Shown here one piece after another: positions 54,681-54,818 of a stretch of DNA of 54,818 bases. The DNA is taken from positions 1-54,818 of IMG/VR virus record IMGVR_UViG_3300046495_000001; one strand, given 5' to 3'. The stretch is from a virus. Lineage: Duplodnaviria; Caudoviricetes. The notes under the pieces were generated by a model. The model was not told where the DNA came from. It saw only the letters and a program-made list of their open reading frames with translations, and made no database searches. Made by a program: the position numbers and the translations under genes. Numbering within the stretch: position 1 is the first letter of the stretch; every line of letters begins with the position of its first letter.

Positions 54681-54818
54681 ATGTCTAAATACGCAATCAA
54701 CGTCATCACCTATCTACTCTTTATCGCAGAGGCGTTCGACTCACTCATACTTGAGTTCGGCCACGACCCGCGTCTCGCCCATGCTGAATGGGATGCGCTG
54801 GAGATCGAGCACACCTGC
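54681..54818 (+). CDS. Hypothetical protein, truncated by the window end
   Basis: GGAG SD, MSKYAINVIT... open to the end of the window. Confidence 0.5.
   Translation, partial: MSKYAINVITYLLFIAEAFDSLILEFGHDPRLAHAEWDALEIEHTC

Noticed and set aside
1-54818. Stop-codon reassignment, tRNA genes or integrase
   Set aside because: Genes are full length under the standard code and end in TAA, TAG and TGA. No cloverleaf or recombinase motifs were noticed by eye.

Overview
About 55 kb of a tailed dsDNA phage with podovirus-like gene content, probably most of the genome. An embedded Rz/Rz1 spanin pair indicates a Gram-negative host. The + strand (1-13270) carries the replication module: DUF5664 nucleotide diphosphohydrolase, VRR-NUC, an intein-containing family A DNA polymerase, a Cas4-like exonuclease, an SNF2 helicase, a Tad1-like anti-defence protein, an SSB-like protein, an HTH protein and a DUF927 primase-helicase. 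The - strand (53649-13230) is one long late operon: terminase, portal, GroES, scaffold, Mu gpT-like capsid, repeat-rich fibre proteins, lysis genes, tail nozzle, internal virion proteins and a 3212-aa polyvalent protein. Probable early genes begin again on + at 54108. The standout feature is the polymerase intein (2652-3536). It has no endonuclease in its own frame but fully contains an HNH-type endonuclease gene in another frame. That gene has its own near-consensus sigma70 promoter and ideal Shine-Dalgarno (SD), both written into the intein splicing-domain codons. No tRNA, CRISPR array, integrase or reverse transcriptase was seen. All family assignments come from reading motifs by eye, not from database searches.
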